Source: a virus (taxonomy: Duplodnaviria; Caudoviricetes). Taken from it: a DNA stretch of 59,828 nucleotides. How positions within the stretch are numbered: position 1 is the stretch's first letter; each line of letters starts with the position of its first letter. A program made the translations under genes and the position numbers. The stretch lies in IMG/VR virus record IMGVR_UViG_3300037558_000788, positions 1 through 59,828 of that record. One strand, 5' to 3'. The notes under the pieces are model-generated. The model searched no databases. It saw only the letters and a program-made list of their open reading frames with translations, and was not told where the DNA came from. Below, in pieces: positions 1-9,503 of this stretch.

Positions 1-1440
1 CGTCAGAAGCTGTTACGCTTGTTATATAGTTTTGGCCTTTAACATACTCCGTAGTAGCTAATTTAGTTGTATCGTCACTTAACGTAGGCGTAGGTGCTAA
101 AGGTGTACCTGTAAACGTAGGGCTAGCTAAGTTAGCTTTGAGGTTTAAAAACTGATTTGTTTCAGTCTCTGTATAATAACGACTGTCTAAATCTGTGCTA
201 GAGGCTGTTAGGTAAGTCCCTAAATCACTAATCTGTGACTCCGTAATAGAAAGATCTCCTTGGTGTTGCGTGACACTAGCCTCAGATATGTTATCCGCGT
301 GTATGTCTGTGGAGCCTTGGTCTACCGTCCAGTCAACTATCTGAGAAGCGGCAGGTGTGCCACTTATAGACGAGTAAGGGATCGTGGGTAAGTTATTTAC
401 ATGTATGTCTGTAGAGCCTTGATCTGCCGTCCAGTCTATTATCTGATTACCACTCGGTATCGTAGGCTTCCCACTTAATGACGAGTAAGCTATCGTTTGG
501 CCTTTAACATACTCCGTAGTCGCTATATTAGTGTTGTTGTCACTCAGCGAAGGTGTAGGCGCTGTGGGTATACCCGTAAACGTAGGGCTAGCAAACATCG
601 TAGCCTTACTCTCATTTGTTACGTTACCCAACCCAACGTCAGAAGCTGTTACGCTTGTTATATAGTTTTGGCCTTTAACATACTCCGTAGTAGCTAATTT
701 AGTTGTATCGTCACTTAACGTAGGCGTAGGTGCTAAAGGTGTACCTGTAAAGGTAGGGCTAGCGAACATCGTAGCCTTACTCTCATTTGTTACGTTACCC
801 AACCCAACGTCGCCTTTAACTAAAGTTACAACCCCAGACTTCCCCGCTACCGAAGCAACTAAATTTGTATTGTCAAGAAGGGCAGCGAGGTCTAACGTAA
901 ATGTTGTATTATCGTCACGGGTAAAAGTAACTACACCACTAGTTGCGTTTAATACTCCAGAATCAATTGCTCTAGCGTCCTCGTCTAGATAAGCGGCTAA
1001 CGAAATATTAGTTGCAGCCCCATCCTCAGCAGTGTAAACCAACGACCCGCTAGTCAATGCGAGGCTGGTTAGCGTGTCAGTATTTATATAATTCCCCGTA
1101 TGTATTTCTGTGGACCCTTGGTCTTGCGTCCAGTCTATTATCTGGTTCCCACTAGGTATCGTAGGCTTCCCACTTAAAGAAGAGTAGGCTATCGTTTGTC
1201 CTTTAACATACTCCGTAGTAGCTAATTTAGTTGTATTGTCACTTAGCGTAGGCGTAGGTGCTAAAGGTGTACCTGTAAATTCAGGGCTGGCTATTGGTGC
1301 TTTAGATGTTACCGCTGCGCTTGTAGCTATTAAATAGTTTTGGCCTTTAACATACTCCGTAGTGGCTAATTTAGTTGTATTGTCACTTAGCGTAGGTGTA
1401 GGTGCTAAAGGTGTACCTGTAAATTCAGGGCTAGCAAACA
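1..1440. repeat. Dispersed modular coding repeats within the tail fibre gene
   Basis: 1-115 is identical to 637-751. Further near-copies of the TPLAPTPTLSD..KLATTEYVKGQ unit lie at ~497-595, ~1195-1292 and ~1335-1436. Confidence 0.9.
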
Positions 1441-2212
1441 GAGCTGCTTTATGTTGCGTAACACTGCCCTGAGTAATATTAGTAGCGTGTATGTCTGTAG
1501 GGGCTTCTACCGTCCAGTCTATTATCTGGTTACCAGATAAACCAATGTCGGCTGTCAGTAATGGCCTAGTAGTGATCCCCGTTACACGACCCGACGTATC
1601 AGATGTGAATGTATCTAAGACGTGCGCCCCACTAGTATTAATATTCCTCGCTGTAAACGATGTCGGTAGGACGTATTTGTTGGCGTCCGCAGCTCCAGTA
1701 TACCCTAAATCGGCTAAAGTCAGCGCCCTAGTCGTGATATTAGTTACATGGCCCGCAACATCAGAGGTAAATTCATCTAATACAAACGCTCCACTAGTAT
1801 TAATACTACGGGACGTGTAGGTAGGGTGGACGTATTTGTTGGCTTGAACCGCTATTCCGTCCAGCTTAGTGCCGTCTACAGAGAGATCTCGACCGTCTAC
1901 CGTCCCGCTAACCGTTATAGCGGCAAAGGTAGGGGAGTCCGTAGTATTTAAACTCTGGTTAAACGGATTAGCCGACGAGGATGACCCCGTAGACTGGTCA
2001 ATAGTTAGCAGTATATTGTTGTCCTGAACCGTTATCGACGGGTCAGTCGAGCTGGTAACGGTAAGCAGTGAAGTAGGTGTATCACTAACCGTTAAAGTTA
2101 AATCATCGCTAGAAATGGTTAACGGGGCGCTAGTGCCACTGACAGTCAGACTGTGTGTGGGGGTTTCACTAACGGTTAATCCATACTCATTCTCATTTAC
2201 TGTTAAAGACAT
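1..2212 (-). CDS. Long repetitive tail fibre protein, N-terminal part; runs off the window start and is absent from the ORF track
   Basis: ATG at 2212 overlaps the upstream stop (TAATG). Read by hand, the frame stays open to position 1: MSLTVNENEYG...TVDGRDLSVDGTKLDGI..., with repeated fibre-type motifs ASPxFTGTPLAPTPTLSDxTTKLATTEYVKGQ, GNQIIDWT and DVGLGNVTNESK. Confidence 0.85.
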   Translation of the reverse strand, partial: MSLTVNENEYGLTVSETPTHSLTVSGTSAPLTISSDDLTLTVSDTPTSLLTVTSSTDPSITVQDNNILLTIDQSTGSSSSANPFNQSLNTTDSPTFAAITVSGTVDGRDLSVDGTKLDGIAVQANKYVHPTYTSRSINTSGAFVLDEFTSDVAGHVTNITTRALTLADLGYTGAADANKYVLPTSFTARNINTSGAHVLDTFTSDTSGRVTGITTRPLLTADIGLSGNQIIDWTVEAPTDIHATNITQGSVTQHKAALFASPEFTGTPLAPTPTLSDNTTKLATTEYVKGQNYLIATSAAVTSKAPIASPEFTGTPLAPTPTLSDNTTKLATTEYVKGQTIAYSSLSGKPTIPSGNQIIDWTQDQGSTEIHTGNYINTDTLTSLALTSGSLVYTAEDGAATNISLAAYLDEDARAIDSGVLNATSGVVTFTRDDNTTFTLDLAALLDNTNLVASVAGKSGVVTLVKGDVGLGNVTNESKATMFASPTFTGTPLAPTPTLSDDTTKLATTEYVKGQNYITSVTASDVGLGNVTNESKATMFASPTFTGIPTAPTPSLSDNNTNIATTEYVKGQTIAYSSLSGKPTIPSGNQIIDWTADQGSTDIHVNNLPTIPYSSISGTPAASQIVDWTVDQGSTDIHADNISEASVTQHQGDLSITESQISDLGTYLTASSTDLDSRYYTETETNQFLNLKANLASPTFTGTPLAPTPTLSDDTTKLATTEYVKGQNYITSVTASD

Positions 2213-2559
2213 TAGAAGTCAGTGATGTTGTTTTCTATCTGTAAATCCCCGTAAATTAGGCGGGTTGTGTTCCCACTACTTTCTATACGGAACAAATCCC
2301 ACTTATAGCGGGCGTTTCCATCTAGTTTCAACGTCTCTGCTTTAGGTAGCTTTACTGAAACAGTAGCGGGGCCTGTAGCGGTAGTAATACTTACTGTAAA
2401 CGTCGCGACAAGGGGCTTCCCCGCGTCTCGACGGACTTCTGCTTTAAAAGTGTCGCCCGTTAAATTTACAGCAGCACTTCCAGTGCTTGCTGCTATCGTT
2501 AACGTAAACGAAAAATCTTCGCCGCGACCTACTGTAATGTTATGTTTTGCTGCTGCCAT
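2212..2559 (-). CDS. Small beta-sandwich virion protein (BppU-like fibre adaptor)
   Basis: 115 aa, beta-rich, with GEDFSFTLTI...YKWDL...RLIYGDLQI; translationally coupled to the fibre gene. Confidence 0.6.
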   Translation of the reverse strand: MAAAKHNITVGRGEDFSFTLTIAASTGSAAVNLTGDTFKAEVRRDAGKPLVATFTVSITTATGPATVSVKLPKAETLKLDGNARYKWDLFRIESSGNTTRLIYGDLQIENNITDF

Positions 2560-2664
2560 AGTTCGTCATAGCCTTCTATACGGCGATGAGCGATCCTACC
2601 TTATACAGCCATTTTTGTCCAGCGTGCGGTTACGTAGCCCCGCGACTACGTAACCCTACACACG

Positions 2665-3633
2665 TTAGGAATTACGATAAACCTGTAAAGCAAATTGGTT
2701 GGCTGACATGTCCCCCAAACCACCCTGCTTTTCAAGCATAGACTTCATCTTCTCAAGCTTGCCTTTATCCATACTGGACTTAGAATCAAACTCAGTAGCA
2801 TGGACCGTCTTAAACAGATCAACTGCTTGTTGGGTGTAGTCTTCTTGAGCTTCTTCCCCAAGAACTTCCTCAGCAGCCCGCTCATCTAAAGTATCTAAAA
2901 ACCGTTTGTCTTTTTTCCTAATCTCAGGCTCTACAGGAGAATCGGACGTTTTAGCCGCTTTCTTAGCAGCCCTTCTAGGTTTACCAAGAACTTCCTCAGC
3001 AGCTCGCTCATCCATAGTGTCAAGGAACTCTTCGTCTTCTTCACTAATAGGCTCAGACGAACCGTAAGCAGCTCCACGGAACTTTTCGTCAATCTTAGCA
3101 TCAATATCTCTTTGCTTCTGAGCTGCTGCTTCTCTCGCAACCCCAACGTCGTCACTAAACTCAACAACGTCAGATGTACCGTAAAGACCTTCCCTTTCAA
3201 AATCGACAGGATCGAAACCCCCCATCTCCTCATCAGGCATCGTGTTAAAGGCTTTCTGCTCTCTAATCGCTTGGATTCTGTCTTTAACGGACTCACTTCT
3301 CGCTTCCCTCTCTTCACGACTAGAAGAAGATTGAGGTGCGCTACCATCTATCCTCTCCAAAGCTTGTAGAAATTGATAACTATCTTGTTTTTTTCTGTTC
3401 TCCGTAGGTTCAAGATCTTTAGGTTGAGAAGTAGGACTTGCTGGAGCTACAGGCTCCCCCAACACACCAGCAAGATTAGCTAAGGCTTCTGAGCCGAGCC
3501 TAGCTCCACTGCCTTGAAAAGACATAAAAGCTTTAGCTAAGTCGATTGGCGCTCTCCCCACTGCCGCTGCATCAGCACGTAAAGCCCGCAGAGCTTCTGG
3601 ATCATTTTTTAAATAATCTAATAAATTACTCAT
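2665..3633 (-). CDS. Hypothetical acidic protein downstream of the major capsid gene
   Basis: Start moved to MSNLLDY (3633) because the longer ORF-track start lies inside the terminator. Contains a duplicated FLDT(M/L)DERAAEEVLG motif. Confidence 0.7.
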   Translation of the reverse strand: MSNLLDYLKNDPEALRALRADAAAVGRAPIDLAKAFMSFQGSGARLGSEALANLAGVLGEPVAPASPTSQPKDLEPTENRKKQDSYQFLQALERIDGSAPQSSSSREEREARSESVKDRIQAIREQKAFNTMPDEEMGGFDPVDFEREGLYGTSDVVEFSDDVGVAREAAAQKQRDIDAKIDEKFRGAAYGSSEPISEEDEEFLDTMDERAAEEVLGKPRRAAKKAAKTSDSPVEPEIRKKDKRFLDTLDERAAEEVLGEEAQEDYTQQAVDLFKTVHATEFDSKSSMDKGKLEKMKSMLEKQGGLGDMSANQFALQVYRNS

Positions 3634-3642
3634 AATAAATGT

Positions 3643-3686
3643 AAAAAGAACCCCGCTGCCCGTTTTAAAGACAGGCAACGGGGTTC
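3643..3686 (-). terminator. Rho-independent terminator after the major capsid gene
   Basis: Minus strand reads GAACCCCGTTGCCTGT...ACGGGCAGCGGGGTTC followed by TTTTT. Confidence 0.85.
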
Positions 3687-3706
3687 ATGTTAAGTGTTAG
3701 GCTATA

Positions 3707-5038
3707 TTAAGCACCTGCGGATGCCCCGCGCAGATATACGATTACAAAACCAAACTCGGTCTTGATCGGCTTAGTAGCACTGGCGAGAACTCCACGGAAG
3801 AAACCAATGGTTCCATCAGGGTTGGTGATCTCACTAACGATGTTCTTCCAGTCAAACTTACCACGGTAGTTAACAGGATCGAAGCTGAGTCCGTTAGAAC
3901 CACTCATTGGATTAGGAATGAGGGCTTCACAAACTTCAGGGTGAAGAACGAAAGCGGCTTCGTGAGTCGCGGTCTCATAAGCGGCATTTGGAGTAGCGAC
4001 TCCAGCAGCAACAGTATAAGGCTCGACTCGTGCAAGTTTATCCGTTCCAGAAACGAAGTTATAGCGAGGGGCCATATCGTCGATGAGGTGGTAGAACCCA
4101 CGGAAGGACTTTTCAACACCGAGTGGTGCGATAAGATCACTTACCTTAGAGTTGTTATAGCGAATGTCATCACGGAATTCGGTTTCAGTCTGGAGCGCGT
4201 AGGACGCTTCAGAAGAAAGGACAACCGAAAATACTGGGCGACCGTTCTCACGACCATAAGCATTTGCACCAGCTCCACCACGAACTTGCTTAAAGTAAAC
4301 TTTATCCAAGATTGCATTAGAAATGTTAGCGGTGATGTCACTAGTGCCATCATCAGAAGCTGCATCCACATCAAGATCGGTCAATGTAAGACCTTCTCTA
4401 GCTCCAGTAATAACTGTTCCAGCGGTCTTACAAAGGACGAGGTTGTCGGAAATAAGCTCAAACTCATCACGGTAGCGGTTCTCCCAAGTGTTACGGGTAA
4501 CCTCAGTCATGATGTTCATGATGGCGCGGAGCTGGTCCTGACGATGAGCAGCAAATCGAAGGTCTTCCAAAGAAATCTTAGGAGACTCGATAACAGCACG
4601 CTTCAATGAGTAAGGCTTCAGCTTCTTACCGAACTGAACGTAAGAGCGTCGGTCGGTTCCGGTGGGGTTGTTGTCAGAGGCATCTTGCCCATCACCGCGA
4701 CCACCTTGGAAATCTTCAGCAGTACCTGCTTCTTTTGCAGCGGCTAGGTTTCCAGCAGTTTGATCAGTTCCACCAAACAAGCCGCCGAGATCAGACCAGT
4801 TTACTCCAGCCGATCCAGAACCACCTGCGGCGGTTTTAGTAGCGATAGCACGATCATACACCAAAGTCTGTTGGGTGTATCCTTGACCATCAGGAAAAGC
4901 TCCCTGCTTAGTTAGGTCCAACCAAGGAGAGGTGTGGAGCGTGCGTGAGTAGATGTCCTTGCCGATGCGGTTAGCTTCTTCAGCGAGAATAGTGTTGACA
5001 GATGCGAGGCCCGTAGACCCCAAATTAAATGTAGACAT
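3707..5038 (-). CDS. Major capsid protein
   Basis: 443 aa; order portal-small gene-scaffold-this gene; own upstream promoter and strong downstream terminator. Confidence 0.8.
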   Translation of the reverse strand: MSTFNLGSTGLASVNTILAEEANRIGKDIYSRTLHTSPWLDLTKQGAFPDGQGYTQQTLVYDRAIATKTAAGGSGSAGVNWSDLGGLFGGTDQTAGNLAAAKEAGTAEDFQGGRGDGQDASDNNPTGTDRRSYVQFGKKLKPYSLKRAVIESPKISLEDLRFAAHRQDQLRAIMNIMTEVTRNTWENRYRDEFELISDNLVLCKTAGTVITGAREGLTLTDLDVDAASDDGTSDITANISNAILDKVYFKQVRGGAGANAYGRENGRPVFSVVLSSEASYALQTETEFRDDIRYNNSKVSDLIAPLGVEKSFRGFYHLIDDMAPRYNFVSGTDKLARVEPYTVAAGVATPNAAYETATHEAAFVLHPEVCEALIPNPMSGSNGLSFDPVNYRGKFDWKNIVSEITNPDGTIGFFRGVLASATKPIKTEFGFVIVYLRGASAGA

Positions 5039-5110
5039 TGTAATAAATAAATAAGGGTTTGCGCTTCCAGCCAGCGTGGTCGGAAACTAAAGAGTTTTAG
5101 GGCGAACCTC

Positions 5111-5192
5111 TTAGAACTATACAATGGCTAGAGCAACCTGAGTTTCTATGTGCTTTACCAGTCGTTTAGAACTATTTAAGGCTAGAGCAACC
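5111..5192 (-). repeat. Duplicated ~28-nt motif in the capsid gene leader
   Basis: Plus strand TTAGAACTAT-N(4-5)-GGCTAGAGCAACC at 5111-5138 and 5166-5192. Confidence 0.8.
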
Positions 5193-5206
5193 CAACTGAT
5201 AAGCGC

Positions 5207-5234
5207 ATCTTAACATTGTCTGGCGATCTGTCAA
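5207..5234 (-). promoter_or_regulatory. Sigma70-like promoter for the capsid gene
   Basis: TTGACA-16 nt-TAAGAT with an extended -10 TG. Confidence 0.65.
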
Positions 5235-5239
5235 CGGGG

Positions 5240-6436
5240 TCACACGGCACCCAAAGCAGCCGCTACTCTTTCTTCAAAGGTACCGTTTTCAGGGACGCCG
5301 GAGCTTGCTGCTGATGCTTTAGTCTGACCAGACATCGCTGGCTCCGCATCTTCATACTCAGCAAGACGATCAGTCAACGACTCAACTTCTTTCCTCATCT
5401 CAAGATATTGTCGAACAACCGTCGGGAACACTTGGGCTGAGACCGCATTGTAGGCGTGGTCAACAGGATGGAGGACAGTAGGATCAGTCTCTGATGCCTT
5501 TTGCTGGATGGCTGACATGTCAAGACCTTCGATCCCTTTGAGGAAGGGTAACTTCTGCTGGACTCTTTCGACGACATTTTTAGTGATGTTCTGCCTCAAC
5601 TGGGCGTTTTCAGCGGCTGTGACGGCACTCTGCTGCTCTTCTAGCTGTTTAGCTTCCGCTAACGCAGCGTCCGCGTTCTCATAAAGCTGCTCTCTTCGCT
5701 GTAAGATCGGATCGATGTCTTCCATGATCCGGTAAATCTTTGCCTTATCGCGGTCACTAGCATTAGGTAAAAGCTCAGATAACTGCTCTTCCTGTTCTTG
5801 TGGGTCGTCTAACGACAACACATCAATCAGAGCATCCGAATCTACCTCATACTTGTCAGCGATCTGGTCTGCCTGCTCAACAAGGGCTTCCAACGGCTGT
5901 GATACCGCCTGCTGATACGCTTGGGTCTGCTCTAGATTAGATAGAGCCTGTTGTTGTTCATATTGAGCAAGCCTTTCTTGTAGCTGCTCAACATCCTTAT
6001 TCTCAGCGAGACCCGTCAACTCCTGAATCTTCGACTCATATTCCTTCGATTGCTGGCGTAACTGATCCAACTCAGAACGGTTTGTCTTTAACTCAGTCTT
6101 GAGTTCCTTAAATCGATTAGCCGCTTTAGGGGTCCACTCGTCGCCGATGTCTTCCGTTAAATTTTCAATTGGATCATCTGATTCCTGTTCCTCGTTTCCC
6201 GTATCCTGTTCCTCTTCCGACGATTCCTCAGCCACTGGTTCCGGTTCAGGCTCTGCGGCTGGTGGTTCCTCTGCAACAGGCTCCGGCTCTGCGGGTGCTT
6301 GATCAAGGTTAGCAAACGCTGCTTCTAACGAGGCTTCAAATGAAGTCGGTTCAGCGGCATCAGGTAAAGCATCTACATTAGTTGGTGCTTCTACGGCTTC
6401 GGTGGCCTCTACGGCTGCTTCTACAGGTGCGTCCAT
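5240..6436 (-). CDS. Capsid scaffolding protein
   Basis: 398 aa, very acidic, Pro/Glu-rich N-terminus and coiled coil; directly upstream of the capsid gene. Confidence 0.75.
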   Translation of the reverse strand: MDAPVEAAVEATEAVEAPTNVDALPDAAEPTSFEASLEAAFANLDQAPAEPEPVAEEPPAAEPEPEPVAEESSEEEQDTGNEEQESDDPIENLTEDIGDEWTPKAANRFKELKTELKTNRSELDQLRQQSKEYESKIQELTGLAENKDVEQLQERLAQYEQQQALSNLEQTQAYQQAVSQPLEALVEQADQIADKYEVDSDALIDVLSLDDPQEQEEQLSELLPNASDRDKAKIYRIMEDIDPILQRREQLYENADAALAEAKQLEEQQSAVTAAENAQLRQNITKNVVERVQQKLPFLKGIEGLDMSAIQQKASETDPTVLHPVDHAYNAVSAQVFPTVVRQYLEMRKEVESLTDRLAEYEDAEPAMSGQTKASAASSGVPENGTFEERVAAALGAV

Positions 6437-6717
6437 TCGTCTGGTTGGTTAGTTTTTGTGGTGGAGGGCCGATGAGTCAGCTTCTCCAGATCATTAAAGG
6501 CGTCTCTGTATCCCGCATACCAAGCCAGTTTATGGCTATTAGCTTGCGGGTCTGCGTCCAACGACGTAACCGTTGGGCCAGACGCCTCTTTCAAAATTGC
6601 AATAGCTTGCTGCAAGGCAGGATCATCAATAATCTCCCGCAGCCTTGTAACTGACTTTAAATCGTTGAACCAGTGTTCCAGTTTTATGGGAACTGTGGCT
6701 TTCTTTTTAGCTGGCAT
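6421..6717 (-). CDS. Small protein between portal and scaffold
   Basis: 98 aa, coupled to the portal stop; helical motif WYAGYRDAFNDLEKL. Confidence 0.7.
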   Translation of the reverse strand: MPAKKKATVPIKLEHWFNDLKSVTRLREIIDDPALQQAIAILKEASGPTVTSLDADPQANSHKLAWYAGYRDAFNDLEKLTHRPSTTKTNQPDEWTHL

Positions 6718-8939
6718 TATTCTTGTTCACGAAACCTTAAGGCGGCTTCGGCATCGCGGATCGCTTGCTCTTGGTCGAACTTCTTCTGCTTAATAGCCAT
6801 CTCAAGTTCAGCCTTCTGCTGCGTAATCTGCATATCGACTTGCGCCTTCTGTAGCTTCATATCTACCTCAGACGTTTCAGGTTGTCCACCCTCTTCTTCA
6901 GAAACTTGCTGCTGCTCTCTCTGGAGCTTCTCCAACGCCTTCATGGTGTTGTTGATCGCTTCTTCAGCATACTGTAAAATCTGCTTCGCGTTAGACACTA
7001 CGGCCTCCAATGCGGGGTCTCCAGCGGCGTATTGGGCGGTCTCAGCGATATGCTGGTAAAGTGCCTGTAATGCCGGAAGAACCTGTTGCGGATCTGCTTG
7101 TCCTTCGTTGATAGCCTGAATGAACTGCTGCAACAACGGAACATGTAGCTGCAAGTGCTGGCCGTGCATCTCGCTAGAGACAACCGGAACTGGCTGACCT
7201 TGTTGCAACTGCTGGTTCTCAAGATAAGCAATCTTGGTATCTACCGTTTTCCTATCGTCTTCTTGCGCCGGAACGTAGCGATCCGCGAGGTCGTGACCGA
7301 CACGAGTGCTAACGATGTCACGAGTAAGGTTGCGGCGACCAACGTCGTCGAATTGGCCACTAATTCCTTGAAGCTCGCGAAGCGAGACGAGTCTGTTTGC
7401 GTGCGATCCATTACCAATGGAACGAACTGCTTTGGTCTGTGCGACATCTAATTTCTTAATGAATTCTTTTTCTACGCCCCGCTTCTCACAACGGTCGAAG
7501 AAATCTTTAATCGCCGCATCAGGCCGCTTGACCTGAACAATACGGCGGACCATCTCGCGCATCAGGCGAGTCCAACTTGAGTAGAAGAGGTTTAGCGTTG
7601 AACCACTAATCCGTGTAGCCACATCCATGTCCGCCACAACCTGCATCTGGTTCTTGTATGGCGAAGTCTGGTTTGGTCCATACGGCGACATTGTGTCGGT
7701 GTTTAAGGAAAGCTGCTGAGAAAGATCCTGTAAAGCTGGCTGGACCGCCGTGCCTAAGTTAGGGATAGCCTTCTCAACGATTTTTACGTTAGGTGACATC
7801 ACTGCGTAAGCACCGTAGAACGTAAAGCTAAGTTCATCCAACGAACGTTGGTTCTCTGGCTGGATCATCACCGACGACGCTAACATCGCGCCATCAATCT
7901 GCTGGCAACGAAGTCTGTTACTTGTCTGGACATGGGAGAAAATCCGCTGGCCGAGTCCTCTGATCGAATGATAAGTGCCATTACTACCAACTCCATATGT
8001 GAAGAAGATATACGCCTGCTCAGGTGTATCGTAGCGACTGACCTTCTTGTAGAGGAAATCTTTAGGACTAGACTCAGCGGATATGTAATGACTCACGCTA
8101 CCGTCAATCTCCCGCACCCAGTAGTGCAGCACGTCAACGGTAGGGTTTTGGATGCCTGTGTAGAGATCGTTGTTCTTGATCTCTGCCTGCAACGCTTCGT
8201 AATCAGAATATGTATTACCAGACGTGTAAGCGCGGCCCGAAGTCTTGACGTTCTCCATCATGACTCGTTTGACCTCCGCTACGTTCCAGCCGACTGCCTT
8301 AGCCGCTTTCTCATTCTTAATAAAGTGGTATAACTCATGTAATTGATACTGGCGGCGACCAACGGCAATATCGATTGCATTCTCTGACGCTTGCGACTGA
8401 CGCGGAATCAAGATGTCTGCAAAACCACCGATACGGAACTTCCAGTCTTCCGGTGAGTCGAAGTAGGCAATGCCAACTCCGTGCTTAATAAATTGTGTGC
8501 AAAGGCGGAGGTAACTACTATGAAACTCTGGCCAGCGGCGGAACAAGTTTGTAAGCTCTTCCGCTACGATGTCCTCCTTTGGCCCTACTTCGCTTCTCTC
8601 GCCCGTTGTGGCTTTCACCTCTACTAGCTTCTCTAAAGACGTGTAGAGGTCAACGTAGGCCGAAAGAGAAATGTCCAGCAAACGCTGCGCTTCCCCGAAG
8701 TTCAAGTTGGTCTTGAGTCCCTGACCACTAGCCGCTAGCTGTGATTGGCTGTAAGGCGCAACGCCGTCAAACATACTGTCGATCCGAGAACGGTTAACAG
8801 CAGACTTCTCATCAGCGCGGAGCAAGGTTGCAAAGATACCTATAGCAGCTTTTACATCCTTGAGACGTGTTTCAACAGGCTTACCCTTCTCATCAAGGCT
8901 CCCTAAGTCGAGGCCGTCTAAGTCAATTAAGTTTGACAT
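6717..8939 (-). CDS. Portal protein (head-tail connector)
   Basis: ~740 aa, podovirus-portal size, Gln-rich coiled-coil C-terminus, upstream of scaffold and capsid genes. Start taken as MSNLIDL. Confidence 0.8.
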   Translation of the reverse strand: MSNLIDLDGLDLGSLDEKGKPVETRLKDVKAAIGIFATLLRADEKSAVNRSRIDSMFDGVAPYSQSQLAASGQGLKTNLNFGEAQRLLDISLSAYVDLYTSLEKLVEVKATTGERSEVGPKEDIVAEELTNLFRRWPEFHSSYLRLCTQFIKHGVGIAYFDSPEDWKFRIGGFADILIPRQSQASENAIDIAVGRRQYQLHELYHFIKNEKAAKAVGWNVAEVKRVMMENVKTSGRAYTSGNTYSDYEALQAEIKNNDLYTGIQNPTVDVLHYWVREIDGSVSHYISAESSPKDFLYKKVSRYDTPEQAYIFFTYGVGSNGTYHSIRGLGQRIFSHVQTSNRLRCQQIDGAMLASSVMIQPENQRSLDELSFTFYGAYAVMSPNVKIVEKAIPNLGTAVQPALQDLSQQLSLNTDTMSPYGPNQTSPYKNQMQVVADMDVATRISGSTLNLFYSSWTRLMREMVRRIVQVKRPDAAIKDFFDRCEKRGVEKEFIKKLDVAQTKAVRSIGNGSHANRLVSLRELQGISGQFDDVGRRNLTRDIVSTRVGHDLADRYVPAQEDDRKTVDTKIAYLENQQLQQGQPVPVVSSEMHGQHLQLHVPLLQQFIQAINEGQADPQQVLPALQALYQHIAETAQYAAGDPALEAVVSNAKQILQYAEEAINNTMKALEKLQREQQQVSEEEGGQPETSEVDMKLQKAQVDMQITQQKAELEMAIKQKKFDQEQAIRDAEAALRFREQE

Positions 8940-8947
8940 ACTTGGCG

Positions 8948-8975
8948 AGTATATTGAATTGACAGTCAATGTCAA
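8948..8975 (-). promoter_or_regulatory. Sigma70-like promoter for the portal operon
   Basis: TTGACA-16 nt-TATACT, ending 8 nt before the ATG at 8939. Confidence 0.65.
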
Positions 8976-9412
8976 TCATTTGGGTAAGCCTCTTCCATGA
9001 TCTTCCCCATGCGGACCCAATGAGCGCGACCGTCTTCAGTCCGAAGGCGTGCATACTCTTTCTCCCCGAAGTCTTTGGTGTGGACTAGAAACGGGTTCCC
9101 TCTATACCGCTTGCCCGTATTCCGGTATTTCCAGACTGCCCCGTAAGGCGTTACCTTGTAATCGGGATAATCAGATATTACGACGAACTCCTCGTCCGGT
9201 AGGTCGTAGCGGACTACAGACAACTTGTTGTGGTTTACCTTCCTACTCACACCCTCATCATCAGTAATAAAAGAGTGGTATTTTAAATCTCTCCAGTATC
9301 GCTTCAGCTTCTTGTCGGTTTTTAAGTTATAGACATACCCATCGTCGGTCAGGGCGTAATGCGAAGCCCCTGCAATGGGTTCCCAATTTTCGGGTATTTT
9401 GTGTTCGGTCAT
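8972..9412 (-). CDS. Protein with two tandem NUMOD4-like motifs and no evident HNH domain
   Basis: WEPIAGASHYALTDDGYV and FVVISDYPDYKVTPYGAV resemble NUMOD4 (W..I.GY..Y.VS..G.V). Confidence 0.6.
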   Translation of the reverse strand: MTEHKIPENWEPIAGASHYALTDDGYVYNLKTDKKLKRYWRDLKYHSFITDDEGVSRKVNHNKLSVVRYDLPDEEFVVISDYPDYKVTPYGAVWKYRNTGKRYRGNPFLVHTKDFGEKEYARLRTEDGRAHWVRMGKIMEEAYPND

Positions 9413-9427
9413 CTCTGGGTGCGTTAA

Positions 9428-9503
9428 AAAAAACTTTTCTCTCCGGCTCTTAGTACTATATAATATTTTATATAGTACTAAAGGTCTAGAAGAAAAGTTT
9501 TTT
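9428..9503. repeat. 76-bp self-palindromic element, copy A; inverted partner at 27473-27548
   Basis: AAAAAACTTTTCT...TTAGTACTATATAA-TATT-TTATATAGTACTAA...AGAAAAGTTTTTT. Confidence 0.95.

Noticed and set aside
1-1440. CRISPR array or DGR template/variable repeat in the repeated blocks
   Set aside because: The repeats are in-frame coding modules without regular unique spacers. No reverse transcriptase was recognised, and no adenine-specific mismatch pattern was noticed.
3941-4609. 222-aa plus-strand ORF and similar antisense ORFs over long genes
   Set aside because: Shadow frames of well-supported genes, with no motifs.
5111-5192. Link between the capsid-leader motif (TAGAACTA, GCTAGAGC) and the poly-Ser hexamer arrays
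   Set aside because: Only 8-nt matches to low-complexity sequence; chance cannot be excluded.
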